Shown: piece after piece, positions 36,254 to 45,669 of the stretch
Numbering within the stretch: position 1 is the first letter of the stretch
Layout of the letters: the number at the start of each line of letters is the position of its first letter
Origin: an uncultured Amnibacterium sp.
Lineage (GTDB): Bacteria; Actinomycetota; Actinomycetes; Actinomycetales; Microbacteriaceae
Direction: 5' to 3'
Assembly: GCF_964250715.1 (NCBI RefSeq)
Contig: NZ_CAXUGX010000003.1
Location: forward strand, 116,368-180,367
Length of the DNA stretch: 64,000 bases
Made by a program: the position numbers and the translations under genes
Notes under the pieces: model-generated
Databases searched by the model: none
Seen by the model: only the letters and a program-made list of their open reading frames with translations
Told to the model about the DNA's origin: nothing

Positions 36254-37720
36254 ATGAGCGCCTCCGCCGACCCGGGGTACGACGTCGTTGTCCTCGGTGG
36301 GGGCTACACCGGTTTGGTGTTGAGCGCGCTCCTCGGCGCTGCCGGGCGCCACGTCGCGGTCCTGGAGCAAGAGTCTGAACTCGGTGGTAGGGCGCGAGCC
36401 GATCATGCCCTCGGCGCCGACCTGATCCATCACCCGCACGCCGTGCTGTTGGGTTTCGCGGACGTGATGCCACTCCGTCACGAACTGCGGTCGGTAGGCC
36501 TCCGGTGGGCTGTGCCCGTGGCGCAGCACGCGCTCGCGTTCGCGGACGGTCGCCCGGCCGTCGTCCTCCATCGGCGCGATCACTTGCGGATGACCCACGA
36601 CTCGATCGCCGCAGTCTCTCGGGCGGACGCGACACTGCTCGTCGAAATCCTCCAACGGTCCGAAACCCTTTCGATCGCCGTCGGTCGTCTCCTTGTGACA
36701 GCACCGGATCTGGACACCGTCGTTCGGCACCTCGACGCGGTGCACGCGGTGTATTCGGGCCTGCCGCTGCCCTCGTCGGTCGAGGCGACCGCAATCGAAC
36801 TCATCACGACCGCCTTCGTTTCACCGGAGGTTCAGAGCCTGCTGCTCGCGCTCGCTCACGAGTTCGGAGGCGATCCCTTCGCGCCCGGCAGCGCGATCGG
36901 GTTCCTCGGTGTGGTGGCGTGGCAGATCGGCCGGCGAGCTGTGCCCATCGGGGGGATGGGGTCGGTCGTCGCAGCAATTCGGGCGGTTGCCGCGCACGCC
37001 GGCGCCGACTTGTTCACCGACGCGCGCGTCGTCGGCTTGATCCGGGAGGAAGGCCGCGTAGCCGGCGCCGTCTGTGCCGACGGTCGCATCATCAGTGCGC
37101 CTTCGATCGTCTCGACGCTGGGGGAGGTGGCCACGCACGAGTTGGCCGAAATACCCGCCGAGCCCGCGAGGACGCTCGGAACCACATCGGTATTACGCCA
37201 GCACCTCGTACTCGATGCTCCGCTTCGGCTGGCATCCGAACGGGCTACGACCGATCGAGCGGTGCAGACGTTCTTCGGCTGGGATGAGCCGACGGAGATG
37301 CTCGATCGACTCGCGATGATCGGACGGGGAGCATTCCCTGCTCCTGGGGGCGCCCTGCTCCGACCAACGATCGCAGACGCGACGCAACGTCCGCGGGAGG
37401 GTGATCTCCTGCTCGTCGACTCGACATTCCCAGGCGTGCAGACCTTGAGCGGTGAGGAGATCGAGGGGATCGGTCGGTACCTTTCCGCCGCGACCTGGAG
37501 CAGACTCAGAGACTACGCGGGCGGCTCCGAGCCTCGGCTGCTTGCCGGTCACGTCGCGCCCCCGGGACGCGGTGATCGTCAGATACGACTCCGGCCGGGA
37601 GTGGAGCACTATCGGACGTCGGTGCCCGGCCTCTGGCGCGCGGGTGCTGGCGTGCATCCGGGAGGGGGCGTACACGGTGGTTCCGCGGCAATCGTCGCCG
37701 GTCTACTGAGTGAGCGCTGA
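36254..37720 (+). CDS. FAD/NAD(P)-dependent oxidoreductase (phytoene-desaturase/CrtI-like amine-oxidase fold)
   Basis: 488 aa. DVVVLGGGYTGLVLSALLGAAGRHVAVLEQESELGGR dinucleotide fold, C-terminal GAGVHPGGGVHGGS block. Confidence 0.75.
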   Translation: MSASADPGYDVVVLGGGYTGLVLSALLGAAGRHVAVLEQESELGGRARADHALGADLIHHPHAVLLGFADVMPLRHELRSVGLRWAVPVAQHALAFADGRPAVVLHRRDHLRMTHDSIAAVSRADATLLVEILQRSETLSIAVGRLLVTAPDLDTVVRHLDAVHAVYSGLPLPSSVEATAIELITTAFVSPEVQSLLLALAHEFGGDPFAPGSAIGFLGVVAWQIGRRAVPIGGMGSVVAAIRAVAAHAGADLFTDARVVGLIREEGRVAGAVCADGRIISAPSIVSTLGEVATHELAEIPAEPARTLGTTSVLRQHLVLDAPLRLASERATTDRAVQTFFGWDEPTEMLDRLAMIGRGAFPAPGGALLRPTIADATQRPREGDLLLVDSTFPGVQTLSGEEIEGIGRYLSAATWSRLRDYAGGSEPRLLAGHVAPPGRGDRQIRLRPGVEHYRTSVPGLWRAGAGVHPGGGVHGGSAAIVAGLLSER

Positions 37721-37757
37721 CGGAGTCGTTTGCTCGATCCACCCCCACGCGGGACAA

Positions 37758-37779
37758 GCACGCTTCCATCGAAGCGTGC
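37758..37779 (+). terminator. stem-loop after the esterase/transport operon
   Basis: GCACGCTTC-catc-GAAGCGTGC, perfect 9-bp stem, in the convergent gap between 37720 and 37891. Confidence 0.45.
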
Positions 37780-37890
37780 CGCCTCATCCTCCTGCCGTTT
37801 CGCCGCTTTCAGCGGGAGGGATGGGTCTCTTCGACGAGATCCTGCGTCGGCAGGGGACGACGCCGTGGTCGCGGCAGACCTGAGTCGCTG

Positions 37891-39051
37891 TCAGCCCACC
37901 GGCTCGGTGAGCCGGATCGCCGCGAGGCCGACCACGGTCGCGATCGACTCGGCGAGCTCTTTGCCCTCGGCGCCGGCGAACTGCTCGACGCCGTGGTCCT
38001 GGTGGAAGCCCCAGCCCTCGGGGCGTCCGACTCCGACGATCGCCGCGGGCACCCGCTGCGTCACGTTGCCGAAGTCCGTCGCGAAGGGAAGTGCCGGAGG
38101 ATCTTCGACCATGGTGCGACCGGCTGCGGCGAACGCATCGGCCATGACTGCCGTGACGGCCGCGTCCGGACGGATCGCCTGGATCAGGGACGAAGTGGAC
38201 CAGACGGCCCCTTCGAGCCCGGCATGCGCCGGCGCCATGACCTCCTCCAGGCCCTCCTCGGTGTCGGCGAAGGCGAGGAATCGCACCGTGAGGGTGAGCC
38301 CTACCCCCTCCTCCACGTCGCCGTCCAGGATGGCGGTTTCCACCATGAGGCGCGCCGGATCGGTCTCGTCGGCGATTCTGGCCAGTTCGCGCAGCGCGTC
38401 CATCGGACCGGACGGGGCACCGCGGACGAGGCTCCGGTGGCCGCCGACGATCGCCGTCTCACGGCGCATCCAGAGCGCACGCTGCCACACGGTGTCGATG
38501 AACTCGGGGTGCGCGTAGAGCGCCACGTCGATGTCGTCCCACACGCCCGCGGCAGCAGTCACCGCCTTACCGCTGCCGAGCGTGCGGGTTCCGGCCGAAT
38601 GGATCTCGTCCGCCGGGCATCCGACGACCACGAACGAGCCCGTCAACCGCTCGCTGATCGCGGCGAGCGCGAGGGCGGTGCCGAGGATGCCGCCGGACAT
38701 CGGTCCGTGCCCGCACGCGGGCACCGCCTCGATCGTCCCATCGGGCCGATGGGTCGTCACGGCGTCGTAGACGGTTGCGACCCCGACGCGCCGGCCCGGA
38801 AGCGCTCCGCGCAACTCGGCACGGAATGCGGTGGGCATGCCGGCGACCCCGCGTCGAACCTGATAACCGGCTGCCTCGAGCCTGTCGGCGAGGTAGCCGC
38901 AGGTCTCGATCTCCTCGTGTGCGAGCTCGGGATGCGAGTTGATGAAGTCCACGGCCGCCGCGATGGAGGCGCGCTGCGCGGACAGTGCTGCGAGGTAGGT
39001 CGCGTCGAGTGGTCTCGATGGCACGTGGCTCTCCACTGTCGGGTCGGTCAT
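37891..39051 (-). CDS. M20-family amidohydrolase/peptidase (M20D/AbgB-like)
   Basis: 386 aa from MTDPTVESH... ELAHEEIET, PACGHGPMSGG metal-site block. The upstream part of the 659-aa listed ORF is rejected. Confidence 0.75.
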   Translation of the reverse strand: MTDPTVESHVPSRPLDATYLAALSAQRASIAAAVDFINSHPELAHEEIETCGYLADRLEAAGYQVRRGVAGMPTAFRAELRGALPGRRVGVATVYDAVTTHRPDGTIEAVPACGHGPMSGGILGTALALAAISERLTGSFVVVGCPADEIHSAGTRTLGSGKAVTAAAGVWDDIDVALYAHPEFIDTVWQRALWMRRETAIVGGHRSLVRGAPSGPMDALRELARIADETDPARLMVETAILDGDVEEGVGLTLTVRFLAFADTEEGLEEVMAPAHAGLEGAVWSTSSLIQAIRPDAAVTAVMADAFAAAGRTMVEDPPALPFATDFGNVTQRVPAAIVGVGRPEGWGFHQDHGVEQFAGAEGKELAESIATVVGLAAIRLTEPVG

Positions 39052-39219
39052 TGAGACGGCGGGAACGGCCTTCGCGCAGGTGAACCGCGGCGATCGCCTA
39101 CGAGGGGAGCTTCCAGGTGACGAGAGTACCGAGTCGTATGCTGAGAAAGGTCGTCGAGCGAACGAGACACGCGGGCGGTGTCCGAGCGCCCCGGGCGCAC
39201 CCCTGAAGAGGACGAACTT

Positions 39220-40380
39220 GTGAAAGCACCCGACTTCACCCTGACCGCCGGCCCGACGATGGCCGCCGAGCGCACATTGCACGCGCTCGGCTCGCAGATC
39301 GTCCATCATCTCGATCCGAGCTTCATCGAGACCTTCCGCCGCACCACCGAGAAGGCGGCGGCGTTCTTCCACACGGGGAACGACATGCTCCTCCTGCAGG
39401 GTGAGGGCATCCTGGCGCTGGAGGGGGCGGCGCGGTCCCTCACTCGTCCGGGGATGCATGTGCTCAACCTGGTGCAGGGTGTCTACGGCAAGGGCATGGG
39501 GCAGTGGCTCGCGAGCTACGGCACGGTGCTGCACGAGATCGAGGTCGCGTACAACGAGGCCGTCGACCCGGCCGATGTGGATGAGTACCTCACCGCGCAT
39601 CCGGAGATCGAGCTCGTGACGATCGTGCACTCCGAGACGCCCTCGGGGACGATCTCGGACTGCTCCAGGATCGGTCCGATCGCCCACAGTCACGGTGCGC
39701 TGACCCTGGTCGATGCACTCTCGTCGATCGGCGGGGTGGAGTTCGAACCGGATCAGTGGCAACTCGACGTGTGCGTCTCCGGCGGCCAGAAGTGCCTGGG
39801 CGGCCCCGTCGGCGTCGCGATGGTGTCGGTCAGTCCCGCCGCCTGGGAGCGGATGCTGGCCAATGAGCATGCGCCGCGCTACTCCTACATCTCACTGATC
39901 GACTGGAAGATCGGATGGCTGGAGAACGGCACGTTCCCGTTCACCCCGTCGGTCACGGATGTCGTCGGTCTCGAGGCAGCGCTCGATGCGATTCTCGAGG
40001 AGGGCGTCGAGAACTCGATCGCCCGTCATGCGAAGGCCGCGGCGGTCACGCGCGCCGGCGTCCGCTCCATGGGCCTGCAACTGTGGCCGGTGTCCGAGGC
40101 GATCTCGGGCAACCCGATCACCGCGGTCCGGGTTCCGGACGGGATCGTGCACACGGATCTGAGCGCGCACATCCGAGAGCGGTACAGCGTGATGCTCTCC
40201 ACCGGCCAGAGCGCCGGGAACCTGATCCACCTCGCGCACATGGGTCCCACGGCGACCGGTATGCACCAGATCATCGGACTCGCCGCCCTCGGCGGAGGGC
40301 TCATCGACCTCGGCGCGGACGTCGACCTCGGGGCGGGGATCGAAGCGGCCATGCGTGTGCTCGGTGGCGCTGCGTCATGA
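39220..40380 (+). CDS. class-V (AGXT-type) aminotransferase; by context pyridoxamine-pyruvate aminotransferase-like, copy 1
   Basis: 386 aa from GTG 39220. FTLTAGP, LNLVQGVYGKGMG, HSETPSGT, PLP-lysine block SGGQKCLGGP, FPFTPSV, AHMGPTA. These blocks match my recollection of Mesorhizobium loti PPAT. Confidence 0.8.
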   Translation: MKAPDFTLTAGPTMAAERTLHALGSQIVHHLDPSFIETFRRTTEKAAAFFHTGNDMLLLQGEGILALEGAARSLTRPGMHVLNLVQGVYGKGMGQWLASYGTVLHEIEVAYNEAVDPADVDEYLTAHPEIELVTIVHSETPSGTISDCSRIGPIAHSHGALTLVDALSSIGGVEFEPDQWQLDVCVSGGQKCLGGPVGVAMVSVSPAAWERMLANEHAPRYSYISLIDWKIGWLENGTFPFTPSVTDVVGLEAALDAILEEGVENSIARHAKAAAVTRAGVRSMGLQLWPVSEAISGNPITAVRVPDGIVHTDLSAHIRERYSVMLSTGQSAGNLIHLAHMGPTATGMHQIIGLAALGGGLIDLGADVDLGAGIEAAMRVLGGAAS

Positions 40381-40450
40381 CCCGAGCGTGCCGAACCCGT
40401 CCACTCAGCCGCTCGCACGTTAAGTCATTGTTTCGGCCCCGTGCTTGCCC

Positions 40451-40479
40451 TTGACGAGAAGGGGGTTCCAACGGATAAC
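40451..40479 (+). promoter_or_regulatory. candidate sigma-70-type promoter of the MHPC-oxygenase operon
   Basis: TTGACG (40451-40456), 17-nt spacer, GATAAC (40474-40479), in an unusually AT-rich 160-bp gap. Confidence 0.3.
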
Positions 40480-40540
40480 GTCTTACTCGCCCGATGATAA
40501 AGAGCCTGCACATGGTAAGAAAAACTTCGAGGAATCCATC

Positions 40541-41692
40541 ATGAGCTCCACTTTCGACACCCGGCACGCCGAAATCTCGGGCGCCGGCTTCGCCGGTCTG
40601 ACCGCATCCATCGCCCTCGCGCGTCAGGGGTGGTCGGTGCGTGTCCACGAACGCGCCGGTCAGCTGCGTGAACAGGGCGCGGGGATCGTCCTCTGGCAGA
40701 ACAGTCTCCGGGTGCTCGACGCCTTCGGGCTGACCGATGAGATCAACGCGGGTTCGATGACGCCGCCCTACTACGAGACCCGGATGCAGAACAGCATCGT
40801 CTCCGACGAGGATCTGGCGGGCATCCGGTGGCGGACCATGACGAGGCCGTTCCTCCACTCGGTGCTCGCCTCCGCCGCTCGACGCGAGGGCGTCGAGATC
40901 CTCACGGGCTCGACGGTGGTGGGTGCCACCGAACAGGGCACCCTGCGCCTGACGGACGGCACGGAGTTCGAGGCGGACCTCGTCATCGGTGCGGACGGTG
41001 TCGGTTCGCCCGTGCGCGACTCCCTCGGGATCGAGTTCGACCGGCAGACCAGTCGCGACGGCATCTCCCGGTTCCTGGTCCCGCGCAAGAAGGCCGAGCT
41101 CCAGGCGATCGAGCCCGACACCGACTGGGACAACATGATCGACTTCTGGAACCTCGAACCCCGGGTGCTCCGCGTGCTCTACACGCCGGCGAACGAGAAC
41201 GAGCTCTACATCGCGCTCATGGCACCCTCCGACGACCCGCAAGGATCGGCGGTTCCGATCGACCTCGATCTCTGGACGTCGATCCATCCGCAGCTCGCTC
41301 CCGTGCTCGAGGAGGCGGTCAAGGTCGAGGGCAAGTACTACGGGTACCAGACCACCCGCCTCGAGCAGTGGACCAAGGGACGCGTCGCGCTGGTAGGGGA
41401 CGCCGCGCACGCGATGTGCCCGGCTCTGGCGCAAGGCGGGGGCTGCGCGATCATGAACGCCTACACCGTCGCCCAGGCGGCATCAGAGTCCGACATCGCC
41501 GATATCCCGGAGGCACTGGGGGAGTGGGAGCGGCTCGAGCGGCCTCTCACCGATCGCTGCCAGAGCCGCTCGCAGGACTACGCGAACACCCGGGGCATGG
41601 CCTACGGCAACCAGTTCACCGGCGACGTGAACGAGACGACCCTCTACGACCCCACGCACCGCGAGCGCCACCGCCAGGACGCGGTGGCGTGA
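40541..41692 (+). CDS. FAD-dependent ring-opening monooxygenase, 2-methyl-3-hydroxypyridine-5-carboxylate (MHPC) oxygenase-like
   Basis: 383 aa from ATG 40541 (SD GAGGAA). AEISGAGFAGLTASIAL, TPPYYETRM, WRTMTRPFLH, ADLVIGADGVGSPVRD, NENELYIALMAP, GRVALVGDAAHAMCPALAQGGGCA. Confidence 0.8.
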   Translation: MSSTFDTRHAEISGAGFAGLTASIALARQGWSVRVHERAGQLREQGAGIVLWQNSLRVLDAFGLTDEINAGSMTPPYYETRMQNSIVSDEDLAGIRWRTMTRPFLHSVLASAARREGVEILTGSTVVGATEQGTLRLTDGTEFEADLVIGADGVGSPVRDSLGIEFDRQTSRDGISRFLVPRKKAELQAIEPDTDWDNMIDFWNLEPRVLRVLYTPANENELYIALMAPSDDPQGSAVPIDLDLWTSIHPQLAPVLEEAVKVEGKYYGYQTTRLEQWTKGRVALVGDAAHAMCPALAQGGGCAIMNAYTVAQAASESDIADIPEALGEWERLERPLTDRCQSRSQDYANTRGMAYGNQFTGDVNETTLYDPTHRERHRQDAVA

Positions 41693-41714
41693 GCGGCAGA
41701 GAGACGAGGCCGGC

Positions 41715-42308
41715 ATGTTCCCCGAGATCGATCCCTACTACCGGGTGCGCGAGTGGTTCGGTTTCGTGCAGGAGATCAGCCATGAGGGCGGCCCCGTGCC
41801 GGACGAGCCGCTCTACAAGGCGGTGTCGGGCGTGGTCATCGCCAATCCGTTCGCGGGCCGCTACGTCGAGGATCTCTCGCCGCTGACGGCGCCGAGTGCG
41901 AGCCTCGGCACCGCCCTCGGTGCACGCGTGCTCGCCCTGCTCGGCGGACGCCCGGTGCAGGGCTATGGCAAAGGCGGCATCGCGGGCGTCAACGGCGACC
42001 AGGATCACGTGGTGGCGTGCATCACCACGGTCTTCGGCGATGCGTTCCGCGCCGGGGTCGGGGGCGGCGCCGCCTGGATCTCGTCGGCGTCCAAGACGGC
42101 GTCGGCTGGAACACCCATCGACATCCCGCTGGCGTTCAAAGACGAGCTGTATGTCCGCTCCCACTACGACGCCGTCACCCTCACCGTGCCGGACGCGCCG
42201 CGACCGGACGAGTTGCTCATCTGCGTGGGTGCGTCGACCCGTGGCCGGATCCACGAGCGCGTGGGCGGTCTCAGTCGCGACGAGGCGATCGCCCGACTCT
42301 CGAACTAG
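41715..42308 (+). CDS. 'amino-acid synthesis' family protein (DUF1185-like), function unknown
   Basis: 197 aa. Pattern ..VIANPFAGRYVEDL.., GYGKGGIAGVNGDQDHVVACITT.., ..IPLAFKD.. as in the uncharacterised AA_synth family (recollection, not searched). Confidence 0.6.
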   Translation: MFPEIDPYYRVREWFGFVQEISHEGGPVPDEPLYKAVSGVVIANPFAGRYVEDLSPLTAPSASLGTALGARVLALLGGRPVQGYGKGGIAGVNGDQDHVVACITTVFGDAFRAGVGGGAAWISSASKTASAGTPIDIPLAFKDELYVRSHYDAVTLTVPDAPRPDELLICVGASTRGRIHERVGGLSRDEAIARLSN

Positions 42309-42335
42309 CCCTCCCTCGTAACGAAAGGCACGCGC

Positions 42336-43097
42336 ATGGCGTACACAGCCGGCAGGTTCCACCAGGACGAGTCCATCTCGAACGCCCTCGACGATGTCGC
42401 TCGCGCGCACCGCATCCTCGAACTCGAGGGCCACGGCGACATGTCGATGGGCCATATCTCCTACCGTGATCCGTTCGGCCGCGGATTGTGGCTCAAGCGC
42501 GGGAACCTGGCCCTGTCGGAGGTCGAGGGGAACGACTTCGTGCTCATCGACTTCGACGGCACCATGCTGGAGGGAACGGGCCTCCGCCATCTGGAGTGGC
42601 CGCTCCACGCCGAGATCATGCGTGCCCGTTCCGACGTGCACTTCGTCGGCCACTCGCACGCGCACTACGCCACCGTCTTCGGTGCCACCGACCAAGAGCT
42701 GGGGCCGTTCAACAACCACGGCGTGTGGTTCGCAGACCACGGCGTGCCCCGCTTCAGTGACACCAGCCAGATCGTGACCACAGTCGAGCTCGGTGTCGAG
42801 GTGGCGAGGCAACTCGGCGACGCCGAGGCGATCCTGTTGAAGAACCACGGCATCGCGTTCGTCGGCGACGACGTGGCCGAGATGATGCTCGCGGGGATCT
42901 TCCTCGAGTGGGCGTCCAAGTTCCAACTCGACCTGCTCTCGACGGGAGTGACGTTCGATCGCCCGGACCACGAGGAGAGCGTCGAGAAGCGTCGCCGGAT
43001 CTACCCGCCGAAGGCCCAGCGCAACTACTGGATGTACTTCAACCGCAAGCTGGATCGTGTCGAGGCCCTTCAGGGCATCGGCATCGCCCAGGTCTGA
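42336..43097 (+). CDS. class-II aldolase/adducin-fold protein, 3-hydroxy-2-methylpyridine-4,5-dicarboxylate decarboxylase-like
   Basis: 253 aa. Metal-site histidines in HFVGHSHAHY, LLKNHGIAFVG block. Confidence 0.75.
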   Translation: MAYTAGRFHQDESISNALDDVARAHRILELEGHGDMSMGHISYRDPFGRGLWLKRGNLALSEVEGNDFVLIDFDGTMLEGTGLRHLEWPLHAEIMRARSDVHFVGHSHAHYATVFGATDQELGPFNNHGVWFADHGVPRFSDTSQIVTTVELGVEVARQLGDAEAILLKNHGIAFVGDDVAEMMLAGIFLEWASKFQLDLLSTGVTFDRPDHEESVEKRRRIYPPKAQRNYWMYFNRKLDRVEALQGIGIAQV

Positions 43098-43161
43098 CCA
43101 GTCGTCCCGCCCACCATCACCAGTACCCAGACGCACTTCCCAGAAGAAAGCGAGACAGGCC

Positions 43162-44097
43162 ATGAGCTCACTTCCCACTATCGCGACCGTCGTCGGATCG
43201 GGCACGATGGGCCCCGGTATCGCGGCGACACTCGCCCGCGCCGGCGCCGAGGTTCGTGTCTACGACATCAGCCCAGAAGCACTCGCCCGTGCCGAGAACA
43301 CCTTCGCGTTCGCCTCCGGTGTGCTCGACCAGCTGGGCAGTGACTCGGTCGAGGGCGGCTCGGTCAGCTTCACCACCGACATCGGCGAGGCGCTGGCCGG
43401 CTCCCTGTTCGTGATCGAAGCCGTGCCGGAGAAGCTCGAGCTGAAGAAGAGCGTGCTCGAGCAGATCGAGGGCCTGGTCGGCGACGACGTGATCATCGCG
43501 ACCAACACCTCGGGCATCCCGATCTCGACGATGGCCGAGTCGATGACGGTGCCTGCTCGGCTCGTGGGCATGCACTGGTCGAACCCGCCGCACCTGATCC
43601 CGATGATCGAGGTGATCCCGGGCGACGCCACCGACACGGCGGTCACCGACCAGCTGGTCGACATCGTGAAGGCGTTCGGCTATCACCCGGTGATCGAGAA
43701 GGAGATCGCGGGCTTCGTGGAGAACCGCGTGCTCTACGCGATCCTCCGCGAGTGCGTCGCCCTGCTCGAAGAGGGGATCGTCACGCCGGAAGGCCTTGAC
43801 ACGGCGGTCAAGTGGGGCATCGGATACAAGCTGTCGGTGATCGGCCCCACACGGCTGCTGGACATGGCCGGCATGGACATCTACGCAGCGGTCTCGAGTT
43901 ACCTGAACAAGGAGCTGAACTCCGATACCGAGACGCCCCAGGTCGTCACCGAGATGATCGCGGCAGGCAAGCTCGGCTTCAAGACCGGTGGCGGCATGTA
44001 CGAGTACGGCGAGGGCGATGTCGCGGCGAAGCTGAAGGACATCACCGCCGGGCTGGTCGCAGCGCGCAAGACCCTGTCGAGCATCACCCCGGTCTGA
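43162..44097 (+). CDS. 3-hydroxyacyl-CoA-dehydrogenase-family NAD dehydrogenase, FHMPC dehydrogenase-like
   Basis: 311 aa. VVGSGTMGPGIA Rossmann, TNTSGIPIS, HWSNPPHLIPMIEV, GFVENRVL blocks. Confidence 0.8.
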   Translation: MSSLPTIATVVGSGTMGPGIAATLARAGAEVRVYDISPEALARAENTFAFASGVLDQLGSDSVEGGSVSFTTDIGEALAGSLFVIEAVPEKLELKKSVLEQIEGLVGDDVIIATNTSGIPISTMAESMTVPARLVGMHWSNPPHLIPMIEVIPGDATDTAVTDQLVDIVKAFGYHPVIEKEIAGFVENRVLYAILRECVALLEEGIVTPEGLDTAVKWGIGYKLSVIGPTRLLDMAGMDIYAAVSSYLNKELNSDTETPQVVTEMIAAGKLGFKTGGGMYEYGEGDVAAKLKDITAGLVAARKTLSSITPV

Positions 44098-44939
44098 TGT
44101 CCGCACTCGCGGTGGAGCGCACGGCCGACGGACTGCAGCGGACCCGGGGAGCGGATGTCGATATCGCCTTCCGGATCCGCGGCAGCGGCCCCGCGGTCGT
44201 GCTGCTGCACGGCACATCGGCGAGTCATGCGGTGTGGGAGCCGATCTCGACTGCGCTCGCGTCCTTCGCCACGGTCATCACCTTGGATCAGCGGGGCCAC
44301 GGCCGCAGCGACAAACCGCCGACCGGATACACCGGTCCCGATTTCGCCGGCGATGTCGTGACCGTCTTGGACGCCCTGGGAATCGACTCCGCGATCGTTG
44401 GCGGTCATTCGCTCGGCGCTCGGAACGCGTGGCTGGTCGGAGCGCTGCACCCGGAGCGCATCAGGGGAGTACTCGCCGTCGACTACACCCCCTGGGTCGA
44501 GACCGAGGTGATCGACGTGCTGCAGGTGCGGGTCGCGGCGGGCGATCGCGCATTCACCTCCGTCGACGAGATCGAGGCGTACCTGCAGAGCCGCTACCCG
44601 CTGCTCCCCACCGACGCGGTCGTCCGACGGGCCGAGTGGGGTTACCGCCAGGGTGCCGACGGTCGTTGGCGGCCGCTCGCCGACCCTGTTGCCATGGACC
44701 AGCTGATCGACGGGTTCCGCACCCCGTGGGCCGAGGAGTTCGAGGCTGTCGGCGTGCCGATGAGTCAATTGCGGGGCGCGCACAGCGCCATCGTCAGCGA
44801 CACGGCCTGGCAGACCGCCCTCGATGCCCGGCCGCAGGACCGAGCCGTCGTCGACCCCGATGCCGACCACTACCTACCCGAGGAGCACCCGCAGCTCGTG
44901 ATCGCCGAGTTGCAGCGATTCCTCGCTTTCGGGCGCTGA
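44097..44939 (+). CDS. alpha/beta hydrolase, alpha-(N-acetylaminomethylene)succinate (AAMS) amidohydrolase-like
   Basis: 280 aa. VVLLHGTSASH, nucleophile elbow GGHSLGA, C-terminal DADHYLPEEHP. Start ATG shares its A with the preceding TGA (TGATG). Confidence 0.75.
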   Translation: MSALAVERTADGLQRTRGADVDIAFRIRGSGPAVVLLHGTSASHAVWEPISTALASFATVITLDQRGHGRSDKPPTGYTGPDFAGDVVTVLDALGIDSAIVGGHSLGARNAWLVGALHPERIRGVLAVDYTPWVETEVIDVLQVRVAAGDRAFTSVDEIEAYLQSRYPLLPTDAVVRRAEWGYRQGADGRWRPLADPVAMDQLIDGFRTPWAEEFEAVGVPMSQLRGAHSAIVSDTAWQTALDARPQDRAVVDPDADHYLPEEHPQLVIAELQRFLAFGR

Positions 44940-44941
44940 TC

Positions 44942-45661
44942 GTGCGGATCATCGATGCCCACATGCATGTCGGCGAGTTCCCGCTCTTCGATGTTCGTCT
45001 CGACCGGCACAGCCTGGCCGGCTACCTCGGCGACAACGGCATCGATGTCGGCATGATCTTCAATCCCGACAACGCGCTCGTGCGCGACACCGTGCACGAG
45101 GTCGAGAACGCGTACGGCCTCTACTGGGCCAACCCGAAGAACCCGGATTGCGCCACCGAGCTGCGCGACTACCTCGCCGATCCGAAGTTCCGCGGTGTCA
45201 AGCTGCATCCACTGCTCGATGGCTACCACCCGGACGAGCCGTTCGTCTGGCCGGTCATCGAGGTGTTGATCGAACACGGGCTGCCCGCACTCATCCACTG
45301 CGGGCACCCGATCTTCACGCTGCCGTGGAGCATCGAGGAGCTGGTGACCCGATATGAGGAGGCCAAGATCATCCTCGGCCACATGGGGCACGGCAACATC
45401 GTCTACATCGACGGAGCGATCGCGGTCGCGTCACGGCATCCGAACGTGTGGCTCGAAACGTCGGGCATGCCGATGAGTTCGAAGATCCTCGAGGCCGTTC
45501 GGCGGGTCGGCAACGACAGGGTGATGTACGGATCGGACGGTCCGTTCCACCAGCCGAGGGTGGAGCAGCTCAAGGTGGAACTCGCCGGTCTTGACGCGGC
45601 CGATCTGGTCGAAGTGATGGCGGGCACGGCCGAACGGCTGTTCCTCGGGCCGCACGCCTGA
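44942..45661 (+). CDS. amidohydrolase-2 (TIM-barrel metal-dependent hydrolase/decarboxylase) family protein
   Basis: 239 aa from GTG 44942. IIDAHMHV (HxH), LIHCGHP, LGHMGHG, MYGSDGPF metal-ligand pattern. Confidence 0.75.
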   Translation: MRIIDAHMHVGEFPLFDVRLDRHSLAGYLGDNGIDVGMIFNPDNALVRDTVHEVENAYGLYWANPKNPDCATELRDYLADPKFRGVKLHPLLDGYHPDEPFVWPVIEVLIEHGLPALIHCGHPIFTLPWSIEELVTRYEEAKIILGHMGHGNIVYIDGAIAVASRHPNVWLETSGMPMSSKILEAVRRVGNDRVMYGSDGPFHQPRVEQLKVELAGLDAADLVEVMAGTAERLFLGPHA

Positions 45662-45669
45662 GCTGCGGA

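Noticed and set aside
41616-43205. 529-aa minus-strand ORF across the DUF1185-like and aldolase-fold genes
   Set aside because: Shadow frame. The plus-strand genes have motifs and tight operon spacing.
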